Source: Nemertoderma westbladi | Taxonomy: Eukaryota > Animalia > Xenacoelomorpha | Length of the DNA: 64,000 bases | Assembly (NCBI GenBank): GCA_032718475.1 | Contig: JAUCBJ010001919.1 | Coordinates: 62,001-126,000 of the forward strand | Direction: 5' to 3' | Part shown: in pieces, positions 15,001 through 30,000 of the stretch | Layout: every line of letters starts with the position of its first letter | Position numbering within the stretch: the first letter of the stretch is position 1 | The notes under the pieces: generated by a model | Told to the model about the DNA's origin: nothing | Database searches by the model: none | Seen by the model: the letters and a program-made list of their open reading frames with translations, nothing else | Position numbers and translations under genes: made by a program

Positions 15001-18000
15001 TGTCCTCCTACAGTACTGAATGTCCTCCTACAGTACTGAATGTCCTCCTACATTACTGAATATCCTCCTACATTACTGAATGTCCTCCTACATTAGATTA
15101 CTGAATGTCCTCCTACGTTACTGAATGTCCTCCTACATTACATTACTGAATGTCCTCCTACATTACTGAATATCCTCCTACATTACTGAATGTCCTCCTA
15201 CATTACTGAATGTCCTCCTACATTACTGAATGTCCTCCTACATTACTGAATGTCCTCCTACATTACTGAATGTCCTCCTACATTACTGAATGAATGTCCT
15301 CCTACATTACTGAATGTCCTCCTACATTACTGAATGTCCTCCTACATTACTGAATGTCCTCCTACATTACTGAATGTCCTCCTACATTACTGAATGTCCT
15401 CCTACATTACTGAATGTCCTCCTACATTACTGAATGTCCTCCTACATTACTGAATGTCCTCCTACATTACTGAATGTCCTCCTACATTACTGAATGTCCT
15501 CCTACATTACATTACTGAATTTTCTCCTACATTACTGAATATCCTCCTACATTACATTACTGAATGTCCTCCTACAGTACTGAAAGTCCTCATACAGTAC
15601 TGAATGTCCTCCTACAGTACTGAATGTCCTCCTACATTACTGAATATCCTCCTACATTACTGAATGTCCTCCTACATTACATTACTGAATGTCCTCCTAC
15701 ATTACTGAATGTCCTCCTACATTACATTACTGAATGTCCTCCTACATTACTGAATATCCTCCTACATTACTGAATGTCCTCCTACATTACTGAATGTCCT
15801 CCTACATTACTGAATGTCCTCCTACATTACTGAATGTCCTCCTACATTACTGAATGTCCTCCTACATTACATTACTGAATGTCCTCCTACATTACATTAC
15901 TGAATGTCCTCCTACATTACTGAATGTCCTCCTACAGTACTGAATGTCCTCCTACATTACTGAATGTCCTCCTGCATTACTGAATATCCTCCTACAGTAC
16001 TGAATGTCCTCCTACAGTACTGAATGTCCTCCTACAGTACTGAATGTCCTCCTACAGTACTGAATGTCCTCCTACATTACTGAAAATCCTCCTACATTAC
16101 TGAATGTCCTCCTACATTACATTACTGAATGTCCTCCTACATTACATTACTGAATGTCCTCCTACATTACTGAATATCCTCCTACATTACTGAATATCCT
16201 CCTACATTACTGAATGTCCTCCTACATTACTGAATGTCCTCCTACATTACTGAATGTCCTCCTACATTACATTACTGAATGTCCTCCTACATTACAGTAC
16301 TGAATGTATGTCCTCCTACAGTACTGAATGTCCTCCTACAGTACTGAATGTCCTCCTACAGTACTGAATGTCCTCCTACATTACTGAATGTCCTCCTACA
16401 TTACATTACTGAATGTCCTCCTACATTACAGTACTGAATGTCCTCCTACAGTACTGAATGTCCTCCTACATTACTGAATGTCCTCCTACATTACATTACT
16501 GAATGTCCTCCTACATTACTGAATATCCTCCTACATTACTGAATGTCCTCCTACATTACATTACTGAATGTCCTCCTACATTACATTACTGAATGTCCTC
16601 CTACATTACTGAATATCCTCCTACATCACTGAATATCCTCCTACATTACATTACTGAATGTCCTCCTACATTACATTACTGAATATCCTCCTACATTACA
16701 TTACTGAATGTCCTCCTACATTACATTACTGAATGTCCTCCTACATTACATTACTGAATGTCCTCCTACATTACATTACTGAATGTCCTCCTACATTACT
16801 GAATGTCCTTCTACATTACTGAATGTCCTCCTACATTACATTACTGAATGTCCTTCTACATTACTGAATGTCCTCCTACATTACTGAATGTCCTCCTACA
16901 TTACATTACTGAATGTCCTTCTACATTACTGAATGTCCTCCTACATTACATTACTGAATGTCCTCCTACATTACATTACTGAATGTCCTCCTACATTACT
17001 GAATGTCCTCCTACATTACATTACTGAATGTCCTCCTACATTACATTACTGAATGTCCTCCTACATTACTGAATGTCCTCCTACAGTACTGGATGTCCTC
17101 CTACATTACTGAATATCCTCCTACAGTACTGAATGTCCTCCTACAGTACTGAATGTCCTCCTACAGTACTGAATGTCCTCCTACAGTACTGAATGTCCTC
17201 CTACATTACTGAATATCCTCCTACATTACTGAATGTCCTCCTACATTACATTACTGAATGTCCTCCTACATTACATTACTGAATGTCCTCCTACATTACT
17301 GAATATCCTCCTACATTACTGAATATCCTCCTACATTACTGAATGTCCTCCTACATTACTGAATATCCTCCATCAGTACTGAATGTCCTCCTACAGTACT
17401 GAATGTCCTCCTACAGTACTGAATGTCCTCCTACAGTACTGAATGTCATCCTACATTACTGAATGTCCTCCTACATTACATTACTGAATGTCCTCCTACA
17501 TTACTGAATGTCCTCCTACATTACTGAATGTCCTCCTACATTACTGAATGTCCACCTACATTACTGAATGTCCTCCTACATTACTGAATGTCCTCCTACA
17601 TTACTGAATGTCCGCCTACATTACTGAATGTCCTCCTACATTACTGAATGTCCACCTACATTATTGAATGTCCTCCTACATTACTGAATGTCCTCCTACA
17701 TTACTGAATGTCCTCCTACATTACTGAATGTCCTCCTACATTACATTACTGAATGTCCACCTACATTACTGAATGTCCTCCTACATTACTGAATGTCCTC
17801 CTACATTACTGAATGTCCTCCTACATTACTGAATGTCCACCTACATTACTGAATGTCCTCCTACATTACTGAATGTCCCCCTACATTACTGAATGTCCTC
17901 CTACATTACTGAATGTCCTCCTACATTACTGAATATCCTCCATCAATACTGAATATCCTCCTACAGTACTGAATGTCCTCCTACAGTACTGAATGTCCTC

Positions 18001-21000
18001 CTACATTACTGAATGTCCTCCTACAGTACTGAATGTCCTCCTACATTACTGAATGTCCTCCTACAGTACTGAATGTCCTCCTACATTACTGAATGTCCTC
18101 CTACATTACTGAATGTCCTCCTACATTACATTACTGAATGTCCTCCTACAGTACTGAATGGCCTCCTACAGTACTGAATGTCCTCCTACATTACTGAATG
18201 TCCTCCTACATTACATTACTGAATGTCCTCCTACATTACATTACTGAATGTCCTCCTACATTACTGAATATCCTCCTACATTACTGAACATCCTCCTACA
18301 TTACTGAATGTCCTCCTACATTACTGAATATCCTCCATCAGTACTGAATGTCCTCCTACAGTACTGAATGTCCTCCTACAGTACTGAAAGTCCTCCTACA
18401 GTACTGAAAGTCCTCCTACAGTACTGAATGTCCTCCTACAGTTCTGAATGTCTTCCTACAGTACTGAATGTCCTCCTACATTACTGAATGTCCTCCTACA
18501 TTACATTACTGAATGTCCTCCTACATTACTGAATGTCCTCCTACATTACTGAATGTCCACCTACATTACTGAATGTCCTCCTACATTACTGAATGTCCTC
18601 CTACATTACTGAATGTCCTCCTACATTACTGAATGTCCTCCTACATTACTGAATGTCCACCTACATTATTGAATGTCCTCCTACATTACTGAATGTCCTC
18701 CTACATTACTGAATGTCCTCCTACATTACTGAATGTCCTCCTACATTACATTACTGAATGTCCACCTACATTACTGAATGTCCTCCTACATTACTGAATG
18801 TCCTCCTACATTACTGAATGTCCTCCTACATTACTGAATGTCCACCTACATTACTGAATGTCCTCCTACATTACTGAATGTCCCCCTACATTACTGAATG
18901 TCCTCCTACATTACTGAATGTCCTCCTACATTACTGAATATCCTCCATCAGTACTGAATGTCCTCCTACAGTACTGAATGTCCTCCTACAGTACTGAATG
19001 TCCTCCTACATTACTGAATGTCCTCCTACAGTACTGAATGTCCTCCTACATTACTGAATGTCCTCCTACAGTACTGAATGTCCTCCTACATTACTGAATG
19101 TCCTCCTACATTACTGAATGTCCTCCTACATTACATTACTGAATGTCCTCCTACAGTACTGAATGGCCTCCTACAGTACTGAATGTCCTCCTACATTACT
19201 GAATGTCCTCCTACATTACATTACTGAATGTCCTCCTACATTACATTACTGAATGTCCTCTTACATTACTGAATATCCTCCTACATTACTGAATATCCTC
19301 CTACATTACTGAATGTCCTCCTACATTACTGAATATCCTCCATCAGTACTGAATGTCCTCCTACAGTACTGAATGTCCTCCTACAGTACTGAAAGTCCTC
19401 CTACAGTACTGAAAGTCCTCCTACAGTACTGAATGTCCTCCTACAGTTCTGAATGTCTTCCTACAGTACTGAATGTCCTCCTACATTACTGAATGTCCTC
19501 CTACATTACATTACTGAATGTCCTCCTACATTACTGAATGTCCTCCTACATTACTGAATGTCCACCTACATTACTGAATGTCCTCCTACATTACTGAATG
19601 TCCTCCTACATTACTGAATGTCCTCCTACATTACTGAATGTCCTCCTACATTACTGAATGTCCACCTACATTATTGAATGTCCTCCTACATTACTGAATG
19701 TCCTCCTACATTACTGAATGTCCTCCTACATTACTGAATGTCCTCCTACATTACATTACTGAATGTCCACCTACATTACTGAATGTCCTCCTACATTACT
19801 GAATGTCCTCCTACATTACTGAATGTCCTCCTACATTACTGAATGTCCACCTACATTACTGAATGTCCTCCTACATTACTGAATGTCCCCCTACATTACT
19901 GAATGTCCTCCTACATTACTGAATGTCCTCCTACATTACTGAATATCCTCCATCAGTACTGAATGTCCTCCTACAGTACTGAATGTCCTCCTACAGTACT
20001 GAATGTCCTCCTACATTACTGAATGTCCTCCTACAGTACTGAATGTCCTCCTACATTACTGAATGTCCTCCTACAGTACTGAATGTCCTCCTACATTACT
20101 GAATGTCCTCCTACATTACTGAATGTCCTCCTACATTACATTACTGAATGTCCTCCTACAGTACTGAATGGCCTCCTACAGTACTGAATGTCCTCCTACA
20201 TTACTGAATGTCCTCCTACATTACATTACTGAATGTCCTCCTACATTACATTACTGAATGTTCTCTTACATTACTGAATATCCTCCTACATTACTGAATA
20301 TCCTCCTACATTACTGAATGTCCTCCTACATTACTGAATATCCTCCATCAGTACTGAATGTCCTCCTACAGTACTGAATGTCCTCCTACAGTACTGAAAG
20401 TCCTCCTACAGTACTGAAAGTCCTCCTACAGTACTGAATGTCCTCCTACAGTACTGAATGTCCTCCTACAGTACTGAATGTCCTCCTACAGTACTGAATG
20501 TCCTCCTACAGTACTGAATGTCCTCCTACATTACTGAATATCCTCCTACATTACTGAATGTCCTCCTACATTAGATTACTGAATGTCCTCCTACGTTACT
20601 GAATGTCCTCCTACATTACATTACTGAATGTCCTCCTACATTACTGAATATCCTCCTACATTACTGAATGTCCTCCTACATTACTGAATGTCCTCCTACA
20701 TTACTGAATGTCCTCCTACATTACTGAATGTCCTCCTACATTACTGAATGTCCTCCTACATTACTGAATGAATGTCCTCCTACATTACTGAATGTCCTCC
20801 TACATTACTGAATGTCCTCCTACATTACTGAATGTCCTCCTACATTACTGAATGTCCTCCTACATTACTGAATGTCCTCCTACATTACTGAATGTCCTCC
20901 TACATTACTGAATGTCCTCCTACATTACTGAATGTCCTCCTACATTACTGAATGTCCTCCTACATTACTGAATGTCCTCCTACATTACATTACTGAATTT

Positions 21001-24000
21001 TCTCCTACATTACTGAATATCCTCCTACATTACATTACTGAATGTCCTCCTACAGTACTGAAAGTCCTCATACAGTACTGAATGTCCTCCTACAGTACTG
21101 AATGTCCTCCTACATTACTGAATATCCTCCTACATTACTGAATGTCCTCCTACATTACATTACTGAATGTCCTCCTACATTACTGAATGTCCTCCTACAT
21201 TACATTACTGAATGTCCTCCTACATTACTGAATATCCTCCTACATTACTGAATGTCCTCCTACATTACTGAATGTCCTCCTACATTACTGAATGTCCTCC
21301 TACATTACTGAATGTCCTCCTACATTACTGAATGTCCTCCTACATTACATTACTGAATGTCCTCCTACATTACATTACTGAATGTCCTCCTACATTACTG
21401 AATGTCCTCCTACAGTACTGAATGTCCTCCTACATTACTGAATGTCCTCCTGCATTACTGAATATCCTCCTACAGTACTGAATGTCCTCCTACAGTACTG
21501 AATGTCCTCCTACAGTACTGAATGTCCTCCTACAGTACTGAATGTCCTCCTACATTACTGAAAATCCTCCTACATTACTGAATGTCCTCCTACATTACAT
21601 TACTGAATGTCCTCCTACATTACATTACTGAATGTCCTCCTACATTACTGAATATCCTCCTACATTACTGAATATCCTCCTACATTACTGAATGTCCTCC
21701 TACATTACTGAATGTCCTCCTACATTACTGAATGTCCTCCTACATTACATTACTGAATGTCCTCCTACATTACAGTACTGAATGTATGTCCTCCTACAGT
21801 ACTGAATGTCCTCCTACAGTACTGAATGTCCTCCTACAGTACTGAATGTCCTCCTACATTACTGAATGTCCTCCTACATTACATTACTGAATGTCCTCCT
21901 ACATTACAGTACTGAATGTCCTCCTACAGTACTGAATGTCCTCCTACATTACTGAATGTCCTCCTACATTACATTACTGAATGTCCTCCTACATTACTGA
22001 ATATCCTCCTACATTACTGAATGTCCTCCTACATTACATTACTGAATGTCCTCCTACATTACATTACTGAATGTCCTCCTACATTACTGAATATCCTCCT
22101 ACATCACTGAATATCCTCCTACATTACATTACTGAATGTCCTCCTACATTACATTACTGAATATCCTCCTACATTACATTACTGAATGTCCTCCTACATT
22201 ACATTACTGAATGTCCTCCTACATTACATTACTGAATGTCCTCCTACATTACATTACTGAATGTCCTCCTACATTACTGAATGTCCTTCTACATTACTGA
22301 ATGTCCTCCTACATTACATTACTGAATGTCCTTCTACATTACTGAATGTCCTCCTACATTACTGAATGTCCTCCTACATTACATTACTGAATGTCCTTCT
22401 ACATTACTGAATGTCCTCCTACATTACATTACTGAATGTCCTCCTACATTACATTACTGAATGTCCTCCTACATTACTGAATGTCCTCCTACATTACATT
22501 ACTGAATGTCCTCCTACATTACATTACTGAATGTCCTCCTACATTACTGAATGTCCTCCTACAGTACTGGATGTCCTCCTACATTACTGAATATCCTCCT
22601 ACAGTACTGAATGTCCTCCTACAGTACTGAATGTCCTCCTACAGTACTGAATGTCCTCCTACAGTACTGAATGTCCTCCTACATTACTGAATATCCTCCT
22701 ACATTACTGAATGTCCTCCTACATTACATTACTGAATGTCCTCCTACATTACATTACTGAATGTCCTCCTACATTACTGAATATCCTCCTACATTACTGA
22801 ATATCCTCCTACATTACTGAATGTCCTCCTACATTACTGAATATCCTCCATCAGTACTGAATGTCCTCCTACAGTACTGAATGTCCTCCTACAGTACTGA
22901 ATGTCCTCCTACAGTACTGAATGTCATCCTACATTACTGAATGTCCTCCTACATTACATTACTGAATGTCCTCCTACATTACTGAATGTCCTCCTACATT
23001 ACTGAATGTCCTCCTACATTACTGAATGTCCACCTACATTACTGAATGTCCTCCTACATTACTGAATGTCCTCCTACATTACTGAATGTCCGCCTACATT
23101 ACTGAATGTCCTCCTACATTACTGAATGTCCACCTACATTATTGAATGTCCTCCTACATTACTGAATGTCCTCCTACATTACTGAATGTCCTCCTACATT
23201 ACTGAATGTCCTCCTACATTACATTACTGAATGTCCACCTACATTACTGAATGTCCTCCTACATTACTGAATGTCCTCCTACATTACTGAATGTCCTCCT
23301 ACATTACTGAATGTCCACCTACATTACTGAATGTCCTCCTACATTACTGAATGTCCCCCTACATTACTGAATGTCCTCCTACATTACTGAATGTCCTCCT
23401 ACATTACTGAATATCCTCCATCAATACTGAATATCCTCCTACAGTACTGAATGTCCTCCTACAGTACTGAATGTCCTCCTACATTACTGAATGTCCTCCT
23501 ACAGTACTGAATGTCCTCCTACATTACTGAATGTCCTCCTACAGTACTGAATGTCCTCCTACATTACTGAATGTCCTCCTACATTACTGAATGTCCTCCT
23601 ACATTACATTACTGAATGTCCTCCTACAGTACTGAATGGCCTCCTACAGTACTGAATGTCCTCCTACATTACTGAATGTCCTCCTACATTACATTACTGA
23701 ATGTCCTCCTACATTACATTACTGAATGTCCTCCTACATTACTGAATATCCTCCTACATTACTGAATATCCTCCTACATTACTGAATGTCCTCCTACATT
23801 ACTGAATATCCTCCATCAGTACTGAATGTCCTCCTACAGTACTGAATGTCCTCCTACAGTACTGAAAGTCCTCCTACAGTACTGAAAGTCCTCCTACAGT
23901 ACTGAATGTCCTCCTACAGTTCTGAATGTCTTCCTACAGTACTGAATGTCCTCCTACATTACTGAATGTCCTCCTACATTACATTACTGAATGTCCTCCT

Positions 24001-27000
24001 ACATTACTGAATGTCCTCCTACATTACTGAATGTCCACCTACATTACTGAATGTCCTCCTACATTACTGAATGTCCTCCTACATTACTGAATGTCCTCCT
24101 ACATTACTGAATGTCCTCCTACATTACTGAATGTCCACCTACATTATTGAATGTCCTCCTACATTACTGAATGTCCTCCTACATTACTGAATGTCCTCCT
24201 ACATTACTGAATGTCCTCCTACATTACATTACTGAATGTCCACCTACATTACTGAATGTCCTCCTACATTACTGAATGTCCTCCTACATTACTGAATGTC
24301 CTCCTACATTACTGAATGTCCACCTACATTACTGAATGTCCTCCTACATTACTGAATGTCCCCCTACATTACTGAATGTCCTCCTACATTACTGAATGTC
24401 CTCCTACATTACTGAATATCCTCCATCAGTACTGAATGTCCTCCTACAGTACTGAATGTCCTCCTACAGTACTGAATGTCCTCCTACATTACTGAATGTC
24501 CTCCTACAGTACTGAATGTCCTCCTACATTACTGAATGTCCTCCTACAGTACTGAATGTCCTCCTACATTACTGAATGTCCTCCTACATTACTGAATGTC
24601 CTCCTACATTACATTACTGAATGTCCTCCTACAGTACTGAATGGCCTCCTACAGTACTGAATGTCCTCCTACATTACTGAATGTCCTCCTACATTACATT
24701 ACTGAATGTCCTCCTACATTACATTACTGAATGTCCTCTTACATTACTGAATATCCTCCTACATTACTGAATATCCTCCTACATTACTGAATGTCCTCCT
24801 ACATTACTGAATATCCTCCATCAGTACTGAATGTCCTCCTACAGTACTGAATGTCCTCCTACAGTACTGAAAGTCCTCCTACAGTACTGAAAGTCCTCCT
24901 ACAGTACTGAATGTCCTCCTACAGTACTGAATGTCCTCCTACAGTACTGAATGTCCTCCTACATTACTGAATGTCCTCCTACATTACATTACTGAATGTC
25001 CTCCTACATTACTGAATGTCCTCCTACATTACTGAATGTCCACCTACATTACTGAATGTCCTCCTACATTACTGAATGTCCTCCTACATTACTGAATGTC
25101 CTCCTATATTACTGAATGTCCTCCTACATTACTGAATGTCCACCTACATTACTGAATGTCCTCCTACATTACTGAATGTCCTCCTACATTACTGAATGTC
25201 CTCCTACATTACTGAATGTCCTCCTACATTACATTACTGAATGTCCTCCTACATTACTGAATGTCCTCCTACATTACTGAATGCCCTCCTACATTACTGA
25301 ATGTCCTCCTACATTACTGAATGTCCACCTACATTACTGAATGTCCTCCTACATTACTGAATGTCCCCCTACATTACTGAATGTCCTCCTACATTACATT
25401 ACTGAATGCCCTCCTACATTACTGAATGTCCTCCTACATTACTGAATATCCTCCATCAGTACTGAATGTCCTCCTACAGTACTGAATGTCCTCCTACAGT
25501 ACTGAATGTCCTCCTACATTACTGAATGTCCTCCTACAGTACTGAATGTCCTCCTACATTACTGAATGTCCTCCTACATTACTGAATGTCCTCCTACATT
25601 ACATTACTGAATGTCCTCCTTCAGTACTGAATGGCCTCCTCCAGTACTGAATGTCCTCCTACATTACTGAATGTCCTCCTACATTACATTACTGAATGTC
25701 CTCCTACATTACATTACTGAATGTCCTCCTACATTACTGAATATCCTCCTACATTACTGAATATCCTCCTACATTACTGAATGTCCTCCTACATTACTGA
25801 ATATCCTCCATCAGTACTGAATGTCCTCCTACAGTACTGAATGTCCTCCTACAGTACTGAAAGTCCTCCTACAGTACTGAAAGTCCTCCTACAGTACTGA
25901 ATGTCCTCCTACAGTACTGAATGTCCTCCTACAGTACTGAATGTCCTCCTACATTACTGAATGTCCTCCTACATTACATTACTGAATGTCCTCCTACATT
26001 ACTGAATGTCCTCCTACATTACTGAATGTCCACCTACATTACTGAATGTCCTCCTACATTACTGAATGTCCTCCTACATTACTGAATGTCCTCCTACATT
26101 ACTGAATGTCCTCCTACATTACTGAATGTCCACCTACATTATTGAATGTCCTCCTACATTACTGAATGTCCTCCTACATTACTGAATGTCCTCCTACATT
26201 ACTGAATGTCCTCCTACATTACATTACTGAATGTCCACCTACATTACTGAATGTCCTCCTACATTACTGAATGTCCTCCTACATTACTGAATGTCCTCCT
26301 ACATTACTGAATGTCCACCTACATTACTGAATGTCCTCCTACATTACTGAATGTCCCCCTACATTACTGAATATCCTCCTACATTACTGAATATCCTCCT
26401 ACATTACTGAATGTCCTCCTACATTACTGAATGTCCTCCTACATTACATTACTGAATGTCCTCCTACATTACTGAATGTCCTCCTACATTACTGAATGTC
26501 CACCTACATTACTGAATGTCCTCCTACATTACTGAATGTCCTCCTACATTACTGAATGTCCTCCTATATTACTGAATGTCCTCCTACATTACTGAATGTC
26601 CACCTACATTACTGAATGTCCTCCTACATTACTGAATGTCCTCCTACATTACTGAATGTCCTCCTACATTACTGAATGTCCTCCTACATTACATTACTGA
26701 ATGTCCTCCTACATTACTGAATGTCCTCCTACATTACTGAATGCCCTCCTACATTACTGAATGTCCTCCTACATTACTGAATGTCCACCTACATTACTGA
26801 ATGTCCTCCTACATTACTGAATGTCCCCCTACATTACTGAATGTCCTCCTACATTACATTACTGAATGCCCTCCTACATTACTGAATGTCCTCCTACATT
26901 ACTGAATATCCTCCATCAGTACTGAATGTCCTCCTACAGTACTGAATGTCCTCCTACAGTACTGAATGTCCTCCTACATTACTGAATGTCCTCCTACAGT

Positions 27001-30000
27001 ACTGAATGTCCTCCTACATTACTGAATGTCCTCCTACATTACTGAATGTCCTCCTACATTACATTACTGAATGTCCTCCTACAGTACTGAATGGCCTCCT
27101 CCAGTACTGAATGTCCTCCTACATTACTGAATGTCCTCCTACATTACATTACTGAATGTCCTCCTACATTACATTACTGAATGTCCTCCTACATTACTGA
27201 ATATCCTCCTACATTACTGAATATCCTCCTACATTACTGAATGTCCTCCTACATTACTGAATATCCTCCATCAGTACTGAATGTCCTCCTACAGTACTGA
27301 ATGTCCTCCTACAGTACTGAAAGTCCTCCTACAGTACTGAAAGTCCTCCTACAGTACTGAATGTCCTCCTACAGTACTGAATGTCCTCCTACAGTACTGA
27401 ATGTCCTCCTACATTACTGAATGTCCTCCTACATTACATTACTGAATGTCCTCCTACATTACTGAATGTCCTCCTACATTACTGAATGTCCACCTACATT
27501 ACTGAATGTCCTCCTACATTACTGAATGTCCTCCTACATTACTGAATGTCCTCCTACATTACTGAATGTCCTCCTACATTACTGAATGTCCACCTACATT
27601 ATTGAATGTCCTCCTACATTACTAAATGTCCTCCTACATTACTGAATGTCCTCCTACATTACTGAATGTCCTCCTACATTACATTACTGAATGTCCACCT
27701 ACATTACTGAATGTCCTCCTACATTACTGAATGTCCTCCTACATTACTGAATGTCCTCCTACATTACTGAATGTCCACCTACATTACTGAATGTCCTCCT
27801 ACATTACTGAATGTCCCCCTACATTACTGAATGTCCTCCTACATTACTGAATGTCGTCCTACATTACTGAATATCCTCCATCAGTACTGAATGTCCTCCT
27901 ACAGTACTGAATGTCCTCCTACAGTACTGAATGTCCTCCTACATTACTGAATGTCCTCCTACAGTACTGAATCTCCTCCTACATTACTGAATGTCCTCCT
28001 ACAGTACTGAATGTCCTCCTACATTACTGAATGTCCTCCTACATTACTGAATGTCCTCCTACATTACATTACTGAATGTCCTCCTACATTACATTACTGA
28101 ATGTCCTCCTACAGTACTGAATGGCCTCCTACAGTACTGAATGTCCTCCTACATTACTGAATGTCCTCCTACATTACATTACTGAATGTCCTCCTACATT
28201 ACATTACTGAATGTCCTCCTACATTACTGAATATCCTCCTACATTACTGAATATCCTCCTACATTACTGAATGTCCTCCTACATTACTGAATATCCTCCA
28301 TCAGTACTGAATGTCCTCCTACAGTACTGAATGTCCTCCTACAGTACTGAAAGTCCTCCTACAGTACTGAAAGTCCTCCTACAGTACTGAATGTCCTCCT
28401 ACAGTACTGAATGTCCTCCTACAGTACTGAATGTCCTCCTACATTACATTACTGAATGTCCTCCTACATTACTGAATGTCCTCCTACATTACTGAATGTC
28501 CACCTACATTACTGAATGTCCTCCTACATTACTGAATGTCCTCCTACATTACTGAATGTCCTCCTATATTACTGAATGTCCTCCTACATTACTGAATGTC
28601 CACCTACATTACTGAATGTCCTCCTACATTACTGAATGTCCTCCTACATTACTGAATGTCCTCCTACATTACTGAATGTCCTCCTACATTACATTACTGA
28701 ATGTCCTCCTACATTACTGAATGTCCTCCTACATTACTGAATGCCCTCCTACATTACTGAATGTCCTCCTACATTACTGAATGTCCACCTACATTACTGA
28801 ATGTCCTCCTACATTACTGAATGTCCCCCTACATTACTGAATGTCCTCCTACATTACATTACTGAATGCCCTCCTACATTACTGAATGTCCTCCTACATG
28901 ACTGAATATCCTCCATCAGTACTGAATGTCCTCCTACAGTACTGAATGTCCTCCTACAGTACTGAATGTCCTCCTACATTACTGAATGTCCTCCTACATT
29001 ACATTACTGAATGTCCTCCTACATTACTGAATGTCCTCCTACATTACTGAATGTCCACCTACATTACTGAATGTCCACCTACATTACTGAATGTCCTCCT
29101 ACATTACTGAATGTCCTCCTACATTACTGAATGTCCCCCTACATTACTGAATGTCCCCCTACATTACTGAATGTCCTCCTACATTACTGAATGTCCTCCT
29201 ACATTACTGAATGTCCTCCTACATTACTGAATGTCCACCTACATTACTGAATGTCCTCCTACATTACTGAATGTCCTCCTACAGTACTGAATGTCCTCCT
29301 ACATTACTGAATGTCCTCCAACATTACTGGATGTCCTCCTACATTACTGAATGTCCTCCTACATTACTGAATGTCCTCCTACATTACTGAATGTCCTCCT
29401 ACATTACTGAATGTCCACCTACATTACTGAATGTCCTCCTACATTACTGAATGTCCCCCTACATTACTGAATGTCCTCCTACATTACTGAATGTCCTCCT
29501 ACATTACTGAATATCCTCCATCAGTACTGAATGTCCTCCTACATTACTGAATGTCCTCCTACAGTACTGAATGTCCTCCTTTATTACTGAATGTCCTCCT
29601 ACAGTACTGAATGTCCTCCTACATTACTGAATGTCCTCCTACATTACTGAATGTCCTCCTACATTACATTACTGAATGTCCACCTACATTACTGAATGTC
29701 CTCCTACATTACTGAATGTCCCCGTACATTACTGAATGTCCTCCTACATTACTGAATGTCCTCCTACATTACTGAATATCCTCCATCAGTACTGAATGTC
29801 CTCCTACATTACTGAATGTCCTCCTACAGTACTGAATGTCCTCCTACATTACTGAATGTCCTCCTACAGTACTGAATGTCCTCCTACATTACTGAAAGTC
29901 CTCCTACATTACTGAATGTCCTCCTACATTACATTACTGAATGTCCTCCTACAGTACTGAATGGCCTCCTACAGTAATGAATGTCCTCCTACATTACTGA

